NCBI GenBank assembly: GCA_964360025.1
Contig: CAYHUD010000001.1
Location: forward strand, 3,922-67,921
From: an uncultured Candidatus Saccharibacteria bacterium
GTDB taxonomy: Bacteria > Patescibacteriota > Minisyncoccia > UBA6257 > JAUSGH01
Direction: 5' to 3'
Length of the DNA: 64,000 bases
The translations under genes were made by a program, and so were the position numbers. A model generated the notes under the pieces. That model had not been told where the DNA came from. It did no database searches and saw only the letters and a program-made list of their open reading frames with translations. Shown piece by piece: positions 1 through 9,726 of this stretch (positions are counted from its first letter, which is position 1; every line of letters begins with the position of its first letter).

Positions 1-1
1 C

Positions 2-79
2 GCTATCGCCGTTGGTCTTCTTGCCAAAGGACTTCCCTTGCTTGTGGACTCCATCATCGGCACAAATATATTAGGTTAA
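2..79 (+). CDS. 3' end of a membrane protein (pilin-like hydrophobic C-terminus), partial
   Basis: Frame 2 reads AIAVGLLAKGLPLLVDSIIGTNILG-stop and is followed by a terminator-like hairpin at ~96-130. Confidence 0.45.
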   Translation, partial: AIAVGLLAKGLPLLVDSIIGTNILG

Positions 80-299
80 TAGATTTCGTATTTACAAAAA
101 AACGCTGCGGCTTTGCCTAGCGTTTTTTTGTTTTACTTGTCATTGTCCCCCTGCGGGGGATCACCCGTAGGGTGACGGGGTTTGAAGTCACCGCCTCCGG
201 CGGGACCCCGCCTTCCTTATCTAAAACTTGTGGCGGGGCAATCTTACTTTATATCTATTTATATTATTCCCGCCCTCGGCGGGCGTAATTATTTTATAA

Positions 300-353
300 A
301 AAGAAAGCCCCCGCGGTTCGCGCGCGTCACCTGACGCCGCGAACCGCGGGGGT
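300..353 (-). terminator. Intrinsic terminator for the minus-strand 359-946 gene
   Basis: Long GC hairpin CCCCGCGGTTCGCG...CGCGAACCGCGGGG preceded by an A-rich tract (U-tract on minus). Confidence 0.6.
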
Positions 354-358
354 CCAAA

Positions 359-946
359 CTACTTGTGGCACCTCCGGCATGGTGGCCACGACTTGATCGT
401 GACCGTCCCACTGCCGGACACCCGAAATCTAGGCACCGCCTCGGTGAACTCTAGATCGGGCAGCCGTCCGTCCACCGCGAGAGGATTTTCCATCCCCTCA
501 AAGTGGACGGCGACTATGCTTCCCGGTGGAATGCAAACCCGGAAGCACTCCCCGGGGAACTGGAACCAGTCGCCCGGACCATCCGGACCGACTGGGAGCG
601 ATCCCAGCGCGATCGTTTCCGATCGCACCGCGGGGCACGAGTGCCCCACCTGCGGCGCCGCGCCGACTTTTTTCTCTCCGCCTCCCCAGGAGACGGAGAG
701 AATAGCGAGCGAGATGAGCGCCAGCCCCACGATGAGGCCGACACTCGCCTGTTTGCGTGTGATCCAGCGTCCCGCCGGACCACCACGGAGATCCCGAGCG
801 GGGCTTTCGCCACCACCCGCTCCGCCGCCAGATCCTCCGCTCCGCCCCTGCGGAGCCGGTTGTTGCTGGCCACCACCCTGGTGGCCCTGACCCTGACCCG
901 CATCCCCGCTCTGCTGCTGGGAACGCGGTCCGTGTTCGCGAGCCAT
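359..946 (-). CDS. Hypothetical single-pass membrane protein (G/Q-rich N-terminus, Cys-containing external domain)
   Basis: 195 aa ORF, strong SD (AAGGAGG) upstream, one TM segment, terminator downstream, co-directional with the SPFH gene. Confidence 0.65.
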   Translation of the reverse strand: MAREHGPRSQQQSGDAGQGQGHQGGGQQQPAPQGRSGGSGGGAGGGESPARDLRGGPAGRWITRKQASVGLIVGLALISLAILSVSWGGGEKKVGAAPQVGHSCPAVRSETIALGSLPVGPDGPGDWFQFPGECFRVCIPPGSIVAVHFEGMENPLAVDGRLPDLEFTEAVPRFRVSGSGTVTIKSWPPCRRCHK

Positions 947-958
947 GAAACCTCCTTC

Positions 959-996
959 TGTCCACTATCTCGTCCCATCGGACGAGATAGTGGACA
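959..996. repeat. Palindrome family A, copy 1
   Basis: TGTCCACTATCTCGTCCCATCGGACGAGATAGTGGACA, a 38-bp palindrome with one central mismatch. Confidence 0.95.
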
Positions 997-1005
997 CCTG
1001 AAACT

Positions 1006-2010
1006 CTAGAAGATTCTAAACAAGCCACCTTCGGGTATCCCACGAACATCGTGGGTTGTAACCACCCGAGTGGCCTGTCCTACGCTCACTTGAGCATCAA
1101 TGAGGGCATCGCCAGACGACATACCTTGTATCTTACGCTTGGCGATAATTACGTCTTTTTCCTCTTCGCGCGACTCAACGGCTTTCATTTCGCCGTCGGC
1201 GCGCTGTTTCGCCCCCAACGCTTCCTGCGTCGTTTTGCTGAAGGCGATAGAAGCAAGTGAGAACTCTTCCACATCTACGCCATACGTAGTCTCGATGCGG
1301 GAGCGGTCGGCTACATTTTCTTTCTCACGGGCGAGGAGTAACCGAATCCTCGCCGTATTTTTTTCGTAGAAGGCGAGCCGCTTTCTCGGCTTGATCTCAT
1401 TGTGATCAAGCCCGACTACCGGCGGCTCCGCCGGTAGTCCCCCATTTAGAACACCCTCGGGGTCCAGATGGGGGGCGCGAGAGAGTCGGAGCGTGCATTC
1501 AACGAGAAGGAGAATTGCCTCTCGTTTCTCAATGAATGCGCCTCCCCCGTGAGCCCCAGCGATAATCCCCAACGACTCCTTGATGGAGTCGCGGAGACCA
1601 CCGCAAATGGAAACCGCCGGAACCTGCTTGAACTTGCGGATAAGCGCAAGATCAAACCGATACTGCGCGCTCCCCTTGACCCGAATCCCGAGGCGGTCCT
1701 TTGATAAGACCTCTACCTCGAGATTTGCGTCCACAAGCTCGTTTTTCACGAGCTCGTCCACGTTTTGGAAGAATGGCACGATGAAGTGCCACCCCTCCTC
1801 GAGAAGTGGGGGCGGGTTGCCGTCATCCGGCACCCGTTTCCCCCAAGTGAGAACCTCCGTGTAGTGGTCCTTAGGGACCACGACCACCGAGGCGATGACG
1901 ATGATGGCGATGAGGGTCAGAGCCCCTACCACCGCCCACAACGCCACGCTCCCCGAGAGGAGCACAACGCTGTAAAAGGCGACCAGCGCCCACTTTTCGT
2001 ATTTTTCCAT
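1006..2010 (-). CDS. SPFH/band-7 domain membrane protein
   Basis: N-terminal TMs, then VVVVP..., LEEGWHFIVPFFQ, VLSKD and YGVDVEEFSL motifs typical of SPFH; start taken at MEKYEK. Confidence 0.8.
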   Translation of the reverse strand: MEKYEKWALVAFYSVVLLSGSVALWAVVGALTLIAIIVIASVVVVPKDHYTEVLTWGKRVPDDGNPPPLLEEGWHFIVPFFQNVDELVKNELVDANLEVEVLSKDRLGIRVKGSAQYRFDLALIRKFKQVPAVSICGGLRDSIKESLGIIAGAHGGGAFIEKREAILLLVECTLRLSRAPHLDPEGVLNGGLPAEPPVVGLDHNEIKPRKRLAFYEKNTARIRLLLAREKENVADRSRIETTYGVDVEEFSLASIAFSKTTQEALGAKQRADGEMKAVESREEEKDVIIAKRKIQGMSSGDALIDAQVSVGQATRVVTTHDVRGIPEGGLFRIF

Positions 2011-2112
2011 GACATACCTTTCTGGGCTTTTTGAGCCCTTGTTTAAGTATCTTGGCAAAGACCAACAATTCTGTTATAATTATACCATTCTAGAACGATA
2101 AAGTCAATAGAA

Positions 2113-2197
2113 GCCCTCGTGGCGGAACTGGCATACGCGCATGGCTTAGGACCATGTCTCGCAAGAGTTAGAGGTTCAAATCCTCTCGAGGGCACCA
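2113..2197 (+). tRNA. tRNA-Leu(TAG)
   Basis: Cloverleaf with long variable arm, anticodon loop CTTAGGA, encoded CCA. Confidence 0.95.
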
Positions 2198-2291
2198 ATA
2201 CATTGACGTAACAAAATAATATTGTTATATTATTGTCTGTCTTTGCTGTGTGTCGCGGCATAGAAATAGCTCTTTAGGAACAGGAGGTTGT

Positions 2292-2726
2292 ATGAAAAAC
2301 GAGCAAGAAGAAAGTGTTCTCAACAGCGCATATGGTAAAGTGTGGGATAGCCTGGCCATAATAAGACTTTTGAGAAGCAGGCCGTTGGAGCCCAACACCG
2401 ATCTGGGATTCGGCCAAGAGTTCATCTTCGCGACCGAAGATGGGGGGCGCACCATCGCCGGAACAATCATGGGGATGGAGAATACGCCCGACGGACTCCT
2501 GCTCTACGTTTCTGTTCCTCGCTTTCGCGGCAGAAAACTCATCGGACTGATACGCTCCAACGGAAAGTGGGGCGCGTATGTGGACGAGGACCCCTTCGAT
2601 ATGGATACGGCAAATCTCGCGATGGCGGTCGCGCGAGGGGAAATGTCCTCAGAGCAGGCAGATAATCTTATCAAAGCCGTGATCGCATCGCGGTTCGAGG
2701 GTGGTTACCTAAGGCTACTTAAGTAA
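2292..2726 (+). CDS. Hypothetical protein
   Basis: ORF with SD AGGAGG, followed by terminator at ~2750-2790. Confidence 0.7.
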   Translation: MKNEQEESVLNSAYGKVWDSLAIIRLLRSRPLEPNTDLGFGQEFIFATEDGGRTIAGTIMGMENTPDGLLLYVSVPRFRGRKLIGLIRSNGKWGAYVDEDPFDMDTANLAMAVARGEMSSEQADNLIKAVIASRFEGGYLRLLK

Positions 2727-2838
2727 CTCTCTCTTCTACCTCTGTCACATAGCGGTCGGGAAACACTCCCGGGCCGCTTTTCTTTTTCCTGGAGAATACA
2801 GAATACTACCACCATACACAGACCTCAATCCCTCCCGC

Positions 2839-2880
2839 TTTGTCCACTATCTCGTCCCATGGGACGAGATAGTGGACAAA
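2839..2880. repeat. Palindrome family A, copy 2 (upstream of Cas2-like gene)
   Basis: Perfect 42-bp palindrome TTTGTCCACTATCTCGTCCCATGGGACGAGATAGTGGACAAA. Confidence 0.97.
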
Positions 2881-2915
2881 TATCAAAAAAATAATAAGCT
2901 GTGTAATATATCAAT

Positions 2916-3491
2916 ATGCGTGGAGATTTAATTCTATTCGTATTAAAAACGCTTCAAGTTGGCGCCCTATCCGTTACTGCGATCGCAGATTTACTGGATG
3001 AACACAGCATTCGCAATACCAATGCCTCTTTTTGGGGGCATCCTATAAAATCACCTCCGAAGCGCAGGATGATTTTTGAAGATAAAATAAATTCTCTCTC
3101 GCGGCAAAGGATGTTGGCTAAAATGGTATCAAAATTAAAATCTGAGGGGCTGGTGGTAAAAGACAAACAAGATATATGTGGGATAACAAAAAACGGCATA
3201 GTAAAATTGGGAAAATTATTAAATCTTAGAAGTCAGACGCCGAATTATGTCACCGAACAATCAAACGAGGTTAAAATAATCACCTTTGATATTCCGGAAT
3301 CAAAAAGGTCATCCCGTGTTTGGTTAAGACAAGCTTTAAAAAATCTCCGATTTAACTTTTTACAAAAAAGCGTCTGGGTGGGCAAAACTATAATCCCCCA
3401 CGAGTTCTTAAGCGATCTCCGCCAAAGAGAAATCTTTGATTTTGTAGAAATACTCGCAGTCACTAAAAAAGGCACGCTCCGTCAAATATAA
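2916..3491 (+). CDS. PaaX-like wHTH + Cas2-like (ferredoxin-fold) domain protein
   Basis: wHTH wing motif (SKLKSEGLV...ITKNG) followed by IITFDIPE...R..LR..L..L.F..LQKSVW, the PaaX-central/Cas2-like signature; AT-rich. Confidence 0.85.
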   Translation: MRGDLILFVLKTLQVGALSVTAIADLLDEHSIRNTNASFWGHPIKSPPKRRMIFEDKINSLSRQRMLAKMVSKLKSEGLVVKDKQDICGITKNGIVKLGKLLNLRSQTPNYVTEQSNEVKIITFDIPESKRSSRVWLRQALKNLRFNFLQKSVWVGKTIIPHEFLSDLRQREIFDFVEILAVTKKGTLRQI

Positions 3492-3494
3492 AAA

Positions 3495-3528
3495 TCCCCT
3501 ATCTCGTCCCATGGGACGAGATGGGGGA
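3495..3528. repeat. Palindrome family A, copy 3 (3 bp after the Cas2-like stop)
   Basis: TCCCCTATCTCGTCCCATGGGACGAGATGGGGGA. Confidence 0.93.
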
Positions 3529-3696
3529 CAAGATAATACCCGAGAGAAGTAGCGCCCGGATAAAATAGTGCGGCAAGCCCCGAGTTTTAGCCCGTGACTT
3601 GCAACCAGGTTGGATCAGAATCACAATTTTGCTTTTTTATAATAAATGCTATTATAGCCGTTAGGTCATTGAAAAACCGCTTTGCGGGGGTGAAAT

Positions 3697-4476
3697 ATGT
3701 CACTCGTGACCACAAAGAAGAATCCGCAGGAAATACAAGAGAAATCCGGAAGAGAATGTGTCAAGTGGTCGGATGTTTATACCAGTATTCAAAGAAGAAA
3801 TCTTCTCGCGAAAACGAAAAGGGCTCTGCAGGACTTTCTCGCCTTCCTGTGTCATGTACCGCGGCTGACCGAAGAGGTGGAGATCGCCGGAGCTTACGGA
3901 CTTGTCCCCGACAAGCTGGTCGTAGTAGGGCACGCAAACCTGCCGCCCAATACGATCTGCGAAAGAACCTGGTCCTATGAAGCCGACGCGGAAGCAAAAC
4001 CGCCCAAACCGCAATATCTCTACCAGCCCGTGCTCTGGCGAGACGCCGATCGGATCATCCTGAATTATTCCCTGACTCCGGAAGACATTTGGGAAGCTCG
4101 GGACAAAATCCAGAAGCTAACATCTTTGAAACAAAATGCCATAGGTCAGTCACCGGACGAAACGAGCGCAATAGTCTCCGCGCTCTTGGCTTTGGCTGGT
4201 TCTCCGGCGGCGTGGCGACTCATACGGACCATCCGACTAGCGGTATCAAAAGAACCGTACACTTCTCAGTCCGGAGTTCCCGAGTTTGCATGTCTCATAA
4301 TGGATACGAACTGGGATACAGAAGATTGTGGTGGCCTTTGTCATCTTATGATGGGGGGTCTTAGGCGTTATTACGTCAATACCAACAACCCAAAAGAACT
4401 TACCGCCATAGCGGCAACATACGAACTCTCTGCAGAAAAATTGCGCCAAATCAAAGAAATGATTGAAGCAACTTAA
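3697..4476 (+). CDS. Hypothetical protein
   Basis: 259 aa ORF, SD GGGGTG, promoter-like TTGCTT..TATTAT upstream, terminator at 4484-4510. Confidence 0.7.
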   Translation: MSLVTTKKNPQEIQEKSGRECVKWSDVYTSIQRRNLLAKTKRALQDFLAFLCHVPRLTEEVEIAGAYGLVPDKLVVVGHANLPPNTICERTWSYEADAEAKPPKPQYLYQPVLWRDADRIILNYSLTPEDIWEARDKIQKLTSLKQNAIGQSPDETSAIVSALLALAGSPAAWRLIRTIRLAVSKEPYTSQSGVPEFACLIMDTNWDTEDCGGLCHLMMGGLRRYYVNTNNPKELTAIAATYELSAEKLRQIKEMIEAT

Positions 4477-4524
4477 ACCATGAAACCCTGCCCAGGCGGG
4501 GTGTTTTTTTATATTAAAGTAAGA

Positions 4525-4677
4525 TTGTGTCCCTGCGGGACATCTCCCGAAGGGATGACCACGCTTCGCTCTCAATGACAACAGATGGAGATTCTTCGCG
4601 CAACGCTCAGAATGACAGAAAAACCGCTCTAGCGACGGCGGCCATCGGCTCGCCAAAGCTCTAGCGACGGCGGCCGT
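4525..4677. repeat. Mosaic of palindromic repeat families
   Basis: TGTCCCTGCGGGACA hairpin, GAGATTCTTCGC..CTCAGAATGACA unit, and an 18-bp direct repeat GCTCTAGCGACGGCGGCC overlapping the xer stop. Confidence 0.75.
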
Positions 4678-5563
4678 GAAATGTCTTATGAATATCCTTC
4701 AGTTCCTTATTAGTGATATGAGTATAGACCTGCGTTGTCGCAATATTGCTATGCCCCAAAAGCTCCTGTACAGCACGAAGGTCGGCGCCGTTCATCAGCA
4801 AATCGGTCGCGAAAAGATGGCGTAAACTGTGCGGCGTGAGCCGCTTTCCCGCTATCCCCGCCTTCGCCCCATAAAAATGAATAAGCCGCTGAATGGTGCG
4901 CGGCACGATGCGCCCAATCATTTTGGGATTCTTTGCTTTAGTAAAACTAACGAATAAAGCCTCGTCAGCATCGGTCCTCTTGTCCAAATAATTTTTAATA
5001 CTCGTCTTGGCTTTATCCGACAAAAATACAATGCGCAGCTTGTCGCCTTTGCCGCGGATGGTGAGCTCGCCTTTTTGTAAATCAAGATAACGATTCAGCT
5101 TGCAAAGCTCCGAAATACGAAGGCCTGTGGAAAAAAGTGTTTCTAGAATCGCCCTGTCGCGCAGGGTTTTAACTTCATCTCCCGCAGGCGCGGCTAAGAG
5201 ACGCACCAGCTCGGGGTATTCAATCACCTCAATTTGTCGCGAGACGGCCTTGGGAAGCTCTATTTTGTCGGGCGATAAAACATCGTAATCACGTTTGGTG
5301 AGATACTTCAAAAAATTACGGATGGCGATGACATAGTAGCTCTGCGTGGACTTTTTGAGCGGTTCGCCACTGCGCGTGCTTTCACGCGCTAAACTGATGC
5401 GAAAAGCCCGCACCGCCTCGGGAGTAATATCGGCTATGTTCTTAACTCCGGAACTACTGACGAATCGTGTTAAATACCGCTCGTAGTTTTCCCGCGTCTT
5501 CGGTGAGCGATTTTTTTCCACCTCCAAATAATCCAAATATTCTTTTAAAAGTTTGGCGATCAC
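4661..5563 (-). CDS. xerD: XerC/D-family tyrosine recombinase
   Basis: RDRAILETLFSTGLRISEL, GKG.K.R, HSLRH, LLGH...TTQVYTH catalytic motifs; GTG start assumed. Confidence 0.9.
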   Translation of the reverse strand: MIAKLLKEYLDYLEVEKNRSPKTRENYERYLTRFVSSSGVKNIADITPEAVRAFRISLARESTRSGEPLKKSTQSYYVIAIRNFLKYLTKRDYDVLSPDKIELPKAVSRQIEVIEYPELVRLLAAPAGDEVKTLRDRAILETLFSTGLRISELCKLNRYLDLQKGELTIRGKGDKLRIVFLSDKAKTSIKNYLDKRTDADEALFVSFTKAKNPKMIGRIVPRTIQRLIHFYGAKAGIAGKRLTPHSLRHLFATDLLMNGADLRAVQELLGHSNIATTQVYTHITNKELKDIHKTFHGRRR

Positions 5564-5643
5564 ACTTCTATTATATAATATTTTGCGACAGTTGCCGCCT
5601 TGCTTTGCGACAAAGACCATCTATACTCTATACTTAAATTACT

Positions 5644-7479
5644 ATGGACTCTCTATACAAAAATATATTTTGGGCAGTGATAACATTGATAGTTGTCGCG
5701 GTAACGTTTTCATTTCTTGTCGGCGACGGAGAAACGACAAAAAATCTTTCCATCAACCAACTGGTCGCGGAAATAAACGCGGGGAAGGTCGCTAAAATCG
5801 CCGTCTCCGGAAACAATCTGGAAATTGAGCTTAAAGATGGGGTGAAGGCAGTGGCTAGAAAAGAAAATGAGGCGGGGCTTACCGAAACATTAAAAAACTT
5901 TGGGCTGGACAGCCGACTTTTAGAAAATGTGGACATCCAAATCAAAGACGAGTCGGGTCTGCGCTTCTGGCTGGGCATTATCATCCCGACAGTTTTGCCG
6001 ATTATCGTCATCCTCATCATCTTCTGGTCTGTTTTCCGCCAAGCGAAAAGCGGGGCATCGCAGGCATTTACTTTCGGACGCGCCAACATCCGTCTTTTCT
6101 CGTCATATAAAAATCGTGTTTCATTTAAGGATGTCGCGGGACTGAAGGAAGCCAAACAGGAACTGGAGGAAGTGGTGGATTTCCTCCGCAATCCGAAAAA
6201 GTTTATGGATATCGGGGCGCGCATACCACGCGGAGTGTTACTTATGGGCGCGCCGGGCACGGGGAAGACGCTTCTGGCTCGCGCCGTAGCAGGGGAAAGC
6301 GGCGTGCCTTTTTTTCATATTTCGGCTTCGGAGTTTGTGGAAATGTTCGTAGGCGTGGGAGCGGCGAGAACCAGAGACGCTTTTGAAACGGCAAAAAAAG
6401 CCGCGCCCTCTATACTTTTCGTTGACGAGATAGACGCCGTGGGCCGCGAGCGCGGATCCGGTATAGGCGGCGGACATGACGAAAGAGAGCAGACTTTAAA
6501 CCAGATCCTTGTGGAGATGGACGGCTTTGAACGCGATACGCGCGTCATCGTCCTTGCCGCAACGAACCGCCCCGATGTTCTGGATCCGGCATTGCTCCGT
6601 CCCGGACGCTTTGACAGGAGAGTAGTGCTTGATCTCCCCGATATTACCGACAGGGAAGCCATACTTAAAATACACGCGCTCAATAAACCGCTAGATAAAG
6701 AAGTTGATCTGCGTAAGATCGCCGTACGCACTCCGGGATTTTCCGGCGCCGATTTAGCCAATCTTGTAAACGAGGCGGCAATCTCAACCGCGAGAAAAAA
6801 TAAAAGAATCATCGGCCAAAACGAGCTGTATAATTCTATAGAAAAAGTTTTGCTTGGTCCGGAACGGCGGAACAGAGTCATTTCACAGAAAGAACGCGAC
6901 ATCACCGCCTACCATGAAGCGGGACACGCCCTTGCCGCCGCCAGTTTAAAAAATTCCGATCCGGTGCATAAAGTTTCTATTGTGAGCAGGGGACAGGCGG
7001 GGGGCTATACGCTGAAATTGCCTCTGGAAGAAACCCGCCTGCATACCCGTTCGCAATTTTTAACCGACCTCGCGATGATGCTCGGCGGCTATGCGGCGGA
7101 AGAAAAAGTTTTCGGCGAGATGTCCACTGGCGCATCAAGCGATCTGCAAAAAGCTTCGGAGCTCGCCCGCCGGCTCGTAACCCAATACGGCATGAGCGAC
7201 AAACTGGGCCCGATGACTTTCGGCAAGACACAGGAGATGATATTTCTGGGACGCGAAATGACAACCGAAAAAAATTATTCTGAAGACGTCGCCAAGGCGA
7301 TTGACGGAGAGGTCCAAAAATTTATCGCCAACGCCCATAAAACAGCGCAGAAGATTATCCAGACGCGGCGCAAAGTGCTGGATGTGATTGCTAAAGTGCT
7401 TCTGGAAAAAGAAACGATTGAACAGGACGAATTTGCCGAGCTGATGAAGCAACACAATACGAAGCCGATTATTGCTTAA
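5644..7479 (+). CDS. ftsH: ATP-dependent zinc metalloprotease FtsH
   Basis: 2 TMs, Walker [19 protein letters not shown] motif, HEAGH. Confidence 0.98.
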   Translation: MDSLYKNIFWAVITLIVVAVTFSFLVGDGETTKNLSINQLVAEINAGKVAKIAVSGNNLEIELKDGVKAVARKENEAGLTETLKNFGLDSRLLENVDIQIKDESGLRFWLGIIIPTVLPIIVILIIFWSVFRQAKSGASQAFTFGRANIRLFSSYKNRVSFKDVAGLKEAKQELEEVVDFLRNPKKFMDIGARIPRGVLLMGAPGTGKTLLARAVAGESGVPFFHISASEFVEMFVGVGAARTRDAFETAKKAAPSILFVDEIDAVGRERGSGIGGGHDEREQTLNQILVEMDGFERDTRVIVLAATNRPDVLDPALLRPGRFDRRVVLDLPDITDREAILKIHALNKPLDKEVDLRKIAVRTPGFSGADLANLVNEAAISTARKNKRIIGQNELYNSIEKVLLGPERRNRVISQKERDITAYHEAGHALAAASLKNSDPVHKVSIVSRGQAGGYTLKLPLEETRLHTRSQFLTDLAMMLGGYAAEEKVFGEMSTGASSDLQKASELARRLVTQYGMSDKLGPMTFGKTQEMIFLGREMTTEKNYSEDVAKAIDGEVQKFIANAHKTAQKIIQTRRKVLDVIAKVLLEKETIEQDEFAELMKQHNTKPIIA

Positions 7480-7563
7480 GTTTTAAAATCCCCGAACTGG
7501 GGGTTTTAATTTAAATACGGATTGATATTTTACCCGAATAAAGCTATTATATAGGGTAGCAAC

Positions 7564-7636
7564 GCGCGTGTAGCTCAACGGTTAGAGCATCGAGCTTATA
7601 CCTCGGGGGTTCATGGTTCGAATCCATGCACGCGCA
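7564..7636 (+). tRNA. tRNA-Ile(TAT)
   Basis: Acceptor GCGCGTG/CACGCGC, anticodon stem TCGAG-CTTATAC-CTCGG, GTTCGAATCC T-arm. Confidence 0.9.
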
Positions 7637-7652
7637 CAAAATAGCAGGTTTT

Positions 7653-7724
7653 GCGCGCTTAGCTTAGTGGTAGAGCGACCCGTTTACACCGGGTAGGTCG
7701 GGGGTCCGATTCCCTCAGCGCGCA
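7653..7724 (+). tRNA. tRNA-Val(TAC)
   Basis: Cloverleaf, loop TTTACAC; T-loop reads TCCGATT instead of TTCGA. Confidence 0.88.
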
Positions 7725-7804
7725 CAAATAGAATTTGTGCCGCGAAGGAATCGGATCGGGAAAAGGGATTTTAGGCTAGTAAAATAGTGACTTGGTCGGG
7801 GATA

Positions 7805-7832
7805 TTGACAAATCCTGTGTATTTGCTATAAT
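7805..7832 (+). promoter_or_regulatory. Sigma70-type promoter
   Basis: TTGACA-16-TATAAT with extended -10 TG. Confidence 0.7.
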
Positions 7833-7890
7833 AGATGATGTAGTAAATTGACATTGTGGTTTCGGTTTTTTTTCAATTGGAGGGCATAAC

Positions 7891-8112
7891 ATGCCCAGCC
7901 AACTCAAGCGCAAGTTCACGACCGACGAGGGGCCGCACGCGCGGTTCCTCGAGTCCTGCCGGCACGGTGCCGATGTGGCGCCGCCGCCGCAGAAACCGTG
8001 TTCCCGCAACGCGCGGGAGCACAACTTCGGGGACTTCCACTCCGCGCGGCAAATCGCCGCCGCGGAGCGGATGGAGCAAGAAGACGAAGCCAATCAGGGC
8101 CTCGTCAACTAG
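7891..8112 (+). CDS. Small hypothetical protein
   Basis: SD GGAGG, GC3-rich codons, directly downstream of promoter. Confidence 0.5.
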   Translation: MPSQLKRKFTTDEGPHARFLESCRHGADVAPPPQKPCSRNAREHNFGDFHSARQIAAAERMEQEDEANQGLVN

Positions 8113-8220
8113 CAGAAGCCGAGGGAGGGGGAGACTCATTCTACTCCCTCCCTCGGCTGGGTGAAAATCTCTGTGGTTGTCGGTTGTTCGGGGAAAAAAC
8201 TCAAGAACAAGGAGAAAGAA

Positions 8221-8430
8221 ATGTCCGCTCCAGCAGCAGCACCGCGAAAGCACCAAGACGCTTTCCGGGTGGCGAACCGCGCCGCCCGCCACGCCCAGTC
8301 GGCAGGACCCAGCGTCCCGCCGGAGGAGAACCTCCCCGTGGGGAACACCGCCACGGAAGAGGCCTTCTATGGCGGTGTCATGCGCGCGATGCGCAACACC
8401 GCCCACGCGCCTGCTCGCGGAGGCGAGTAG
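8221..8430 (+). CDS. Small hypothetical protein
   Basis: SD AAGGAG, GC3-rich codons, terminator ~8462-8515. Confidence 0.5.
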   Translation: MSAPAAAPRKHQDAFRVANRAARHAQSAGPSVPPEENLPVGNTATEEAFYGGVMRAMRNTAHAPARGGE

Positions 8431-8525
8431 ACGCACCGCCACCAGGAGGTGGCGGCAACGAGAACTCTCAAACCAAGACCCAGGGGGTCAGAGGTATGAG
8501 AGTTCTTTTTTTATTTAAAGAAAGA

Positions 8526-8690
8526 GAGATTCTTCGCGGGACGCCTGCCTGCCGGCAGGCAGGCTCAGAATGACGAAGGGGTTGTTACCCTCCTGGAATT
8601 AAATTCTGTCATCCTGAGGTTTACCGAAGGATCTCAAGTGAGATTCTTCGCGGGACGCCTGCCTGCCGGCAGGCAGGCTCAGAATGACGA
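8526..8690. repeat. Family B (GIY-YIG-associated) hairpin doublet with nested CCTGCCTGCCGGCAGGCAGG
   Basis: Two GAGATTCTTCGC..CTCAGAATGAC units plus GTCATCCTGAG; the spacer TCCTGGAATTAAATTC is shared with 46116-46140. Confidence 0.92.
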
Positions 8691-8779
8691 TCAACCATAG
8701 AGAATTTGACAAATGGGCGTAAAACCACTATAAATACTGAAGGCAGTCGTTCATATTCCCACCTCACTGGAGGGAGAAA

Positions 8780-8971
8780 ATGCCCACACCGGTAAAAGAA
8801 CCAACTCGACGCGGACAACTGGAAGCAGAATTTGCAGAGCATCGCTGGCGGCAAAAGAAGATGAATAAGTTGGAAGATGCGGCATTCCACCCTCTGTTGC
8901 CGAATCCGGATATGGCAAAAGTCGTTTGGCAACAGATGATCCAGGATCTTCAAATCCAAAATTCGCACTAA
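8780..8971 (+). CDS. Small hypothetical protein
   Basis: TTGACA-17-TATAAA promoter, SD GGAGG, terminator at 8985-9030. Confidence 0.55.
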   Translation: MPTPVKEPTRRGQLEAEFAEHRWRQKKMNKLEDAAFHPLLPNPDMAKVVWQQMIQDLQIQNSH

Positions 8972-9105
8972 AAGTTAAGACGCGGAATCTCATTACTGCC
9001 CAGAAGGGGCAGTGGTGAGAATTTTTTTATTTATAATAAAACTTGCTTTTCACGACAATTTCTTTTATCATAGGTTTTAGTTTTATTGACAACGAAGGAG
9101 GTGCG

Positions 9106-9726
9106 ATGAAAGTCTTGATCGGGCTCATCGGGAAACCGCGCGTCGGCAAAGGAACTGTTGCCGGCATCATCACAAAACTTCTGGAGGAGAAAGGGATTAC
9201 AAGTAAAAACATGCGGTTCTCTGACCCGTTGAATGACATTCTCAAAATCCTCAATATTCCAAACTCCCGCACCAATCTGCAGAATCTTGCTCTCGTCTTA
9301 AGAAATGGGATCAGCGAAGATGTGCTTGCGCGTGCAATGGAACACAAAATCCTTCAAACAAAGGGGGATGTCATCATCCTGGATGGCATCCGGTGGATAC
9401 CGGATTTCGCGATGATAAAAAAGCTGGGCGGCATCACAATTTACATCAAGGCCAGTTTAGAAACCGCTTTCCGACGGACCCTGAGAAGTCAAGAAAAGGC
9501 AGGGGAATCCGAAACTACGCTGGATCAATTCCTCGCCCAACAAAAGGCAGAATCCGAAAAGTATATTGAGGCCATCGGCGAACATGCCGATTTCGTTTTG
9601 GAAAACGACGAGGACGACGATGCCTCTCCCTCGGCGCCAAAAGTTCTGACGCCGAGAGTGGAGATGATTATCGGGAATCTCGTAATCCCGATCCTGGAAA
9701 TCCCAACGGAGGAGGGGAAAGAATGA
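9106..9726 (+). CDS. P-loop nucleotide kinase (dephospho-CoA/dNMP kinase-like)
   Basis: LIGLIGKPRVGKGT Walker A, F.DPL, ILDGIR, ADFVLEN. Confidence 0.8.
   Translation: MKVLIGLIGKPRVGKGTVAGIITKLLEEKGITSKNMRFSDPLNDILKILNIPNSRTNLQNLALVLRNGISEDVLARAMEHKILQTKGDVIILDGIRWIPDFAMIKKLGGITIYIKASLETAFRRTLRSQEKAGESETTLDQFLAQQKAESEKYIEAIGEHADFVLENDEDDDASPSAPKVLTPRVEMIIGNLVIPILEIPTEEGKE

Noticed and set aside
2839-3528. CRISPR-Cas locus (Cas2-like gene plus repeats)
   Set aside because: No regularly spaced repeat-spacer array and no cas1 or effector; the repeats are dispersed palindromes.
4661-5563. Prophage or ICE integrase
   Set aside because: Xer-like size and motifs next to ftsH, with no phage genes or att pair seen.
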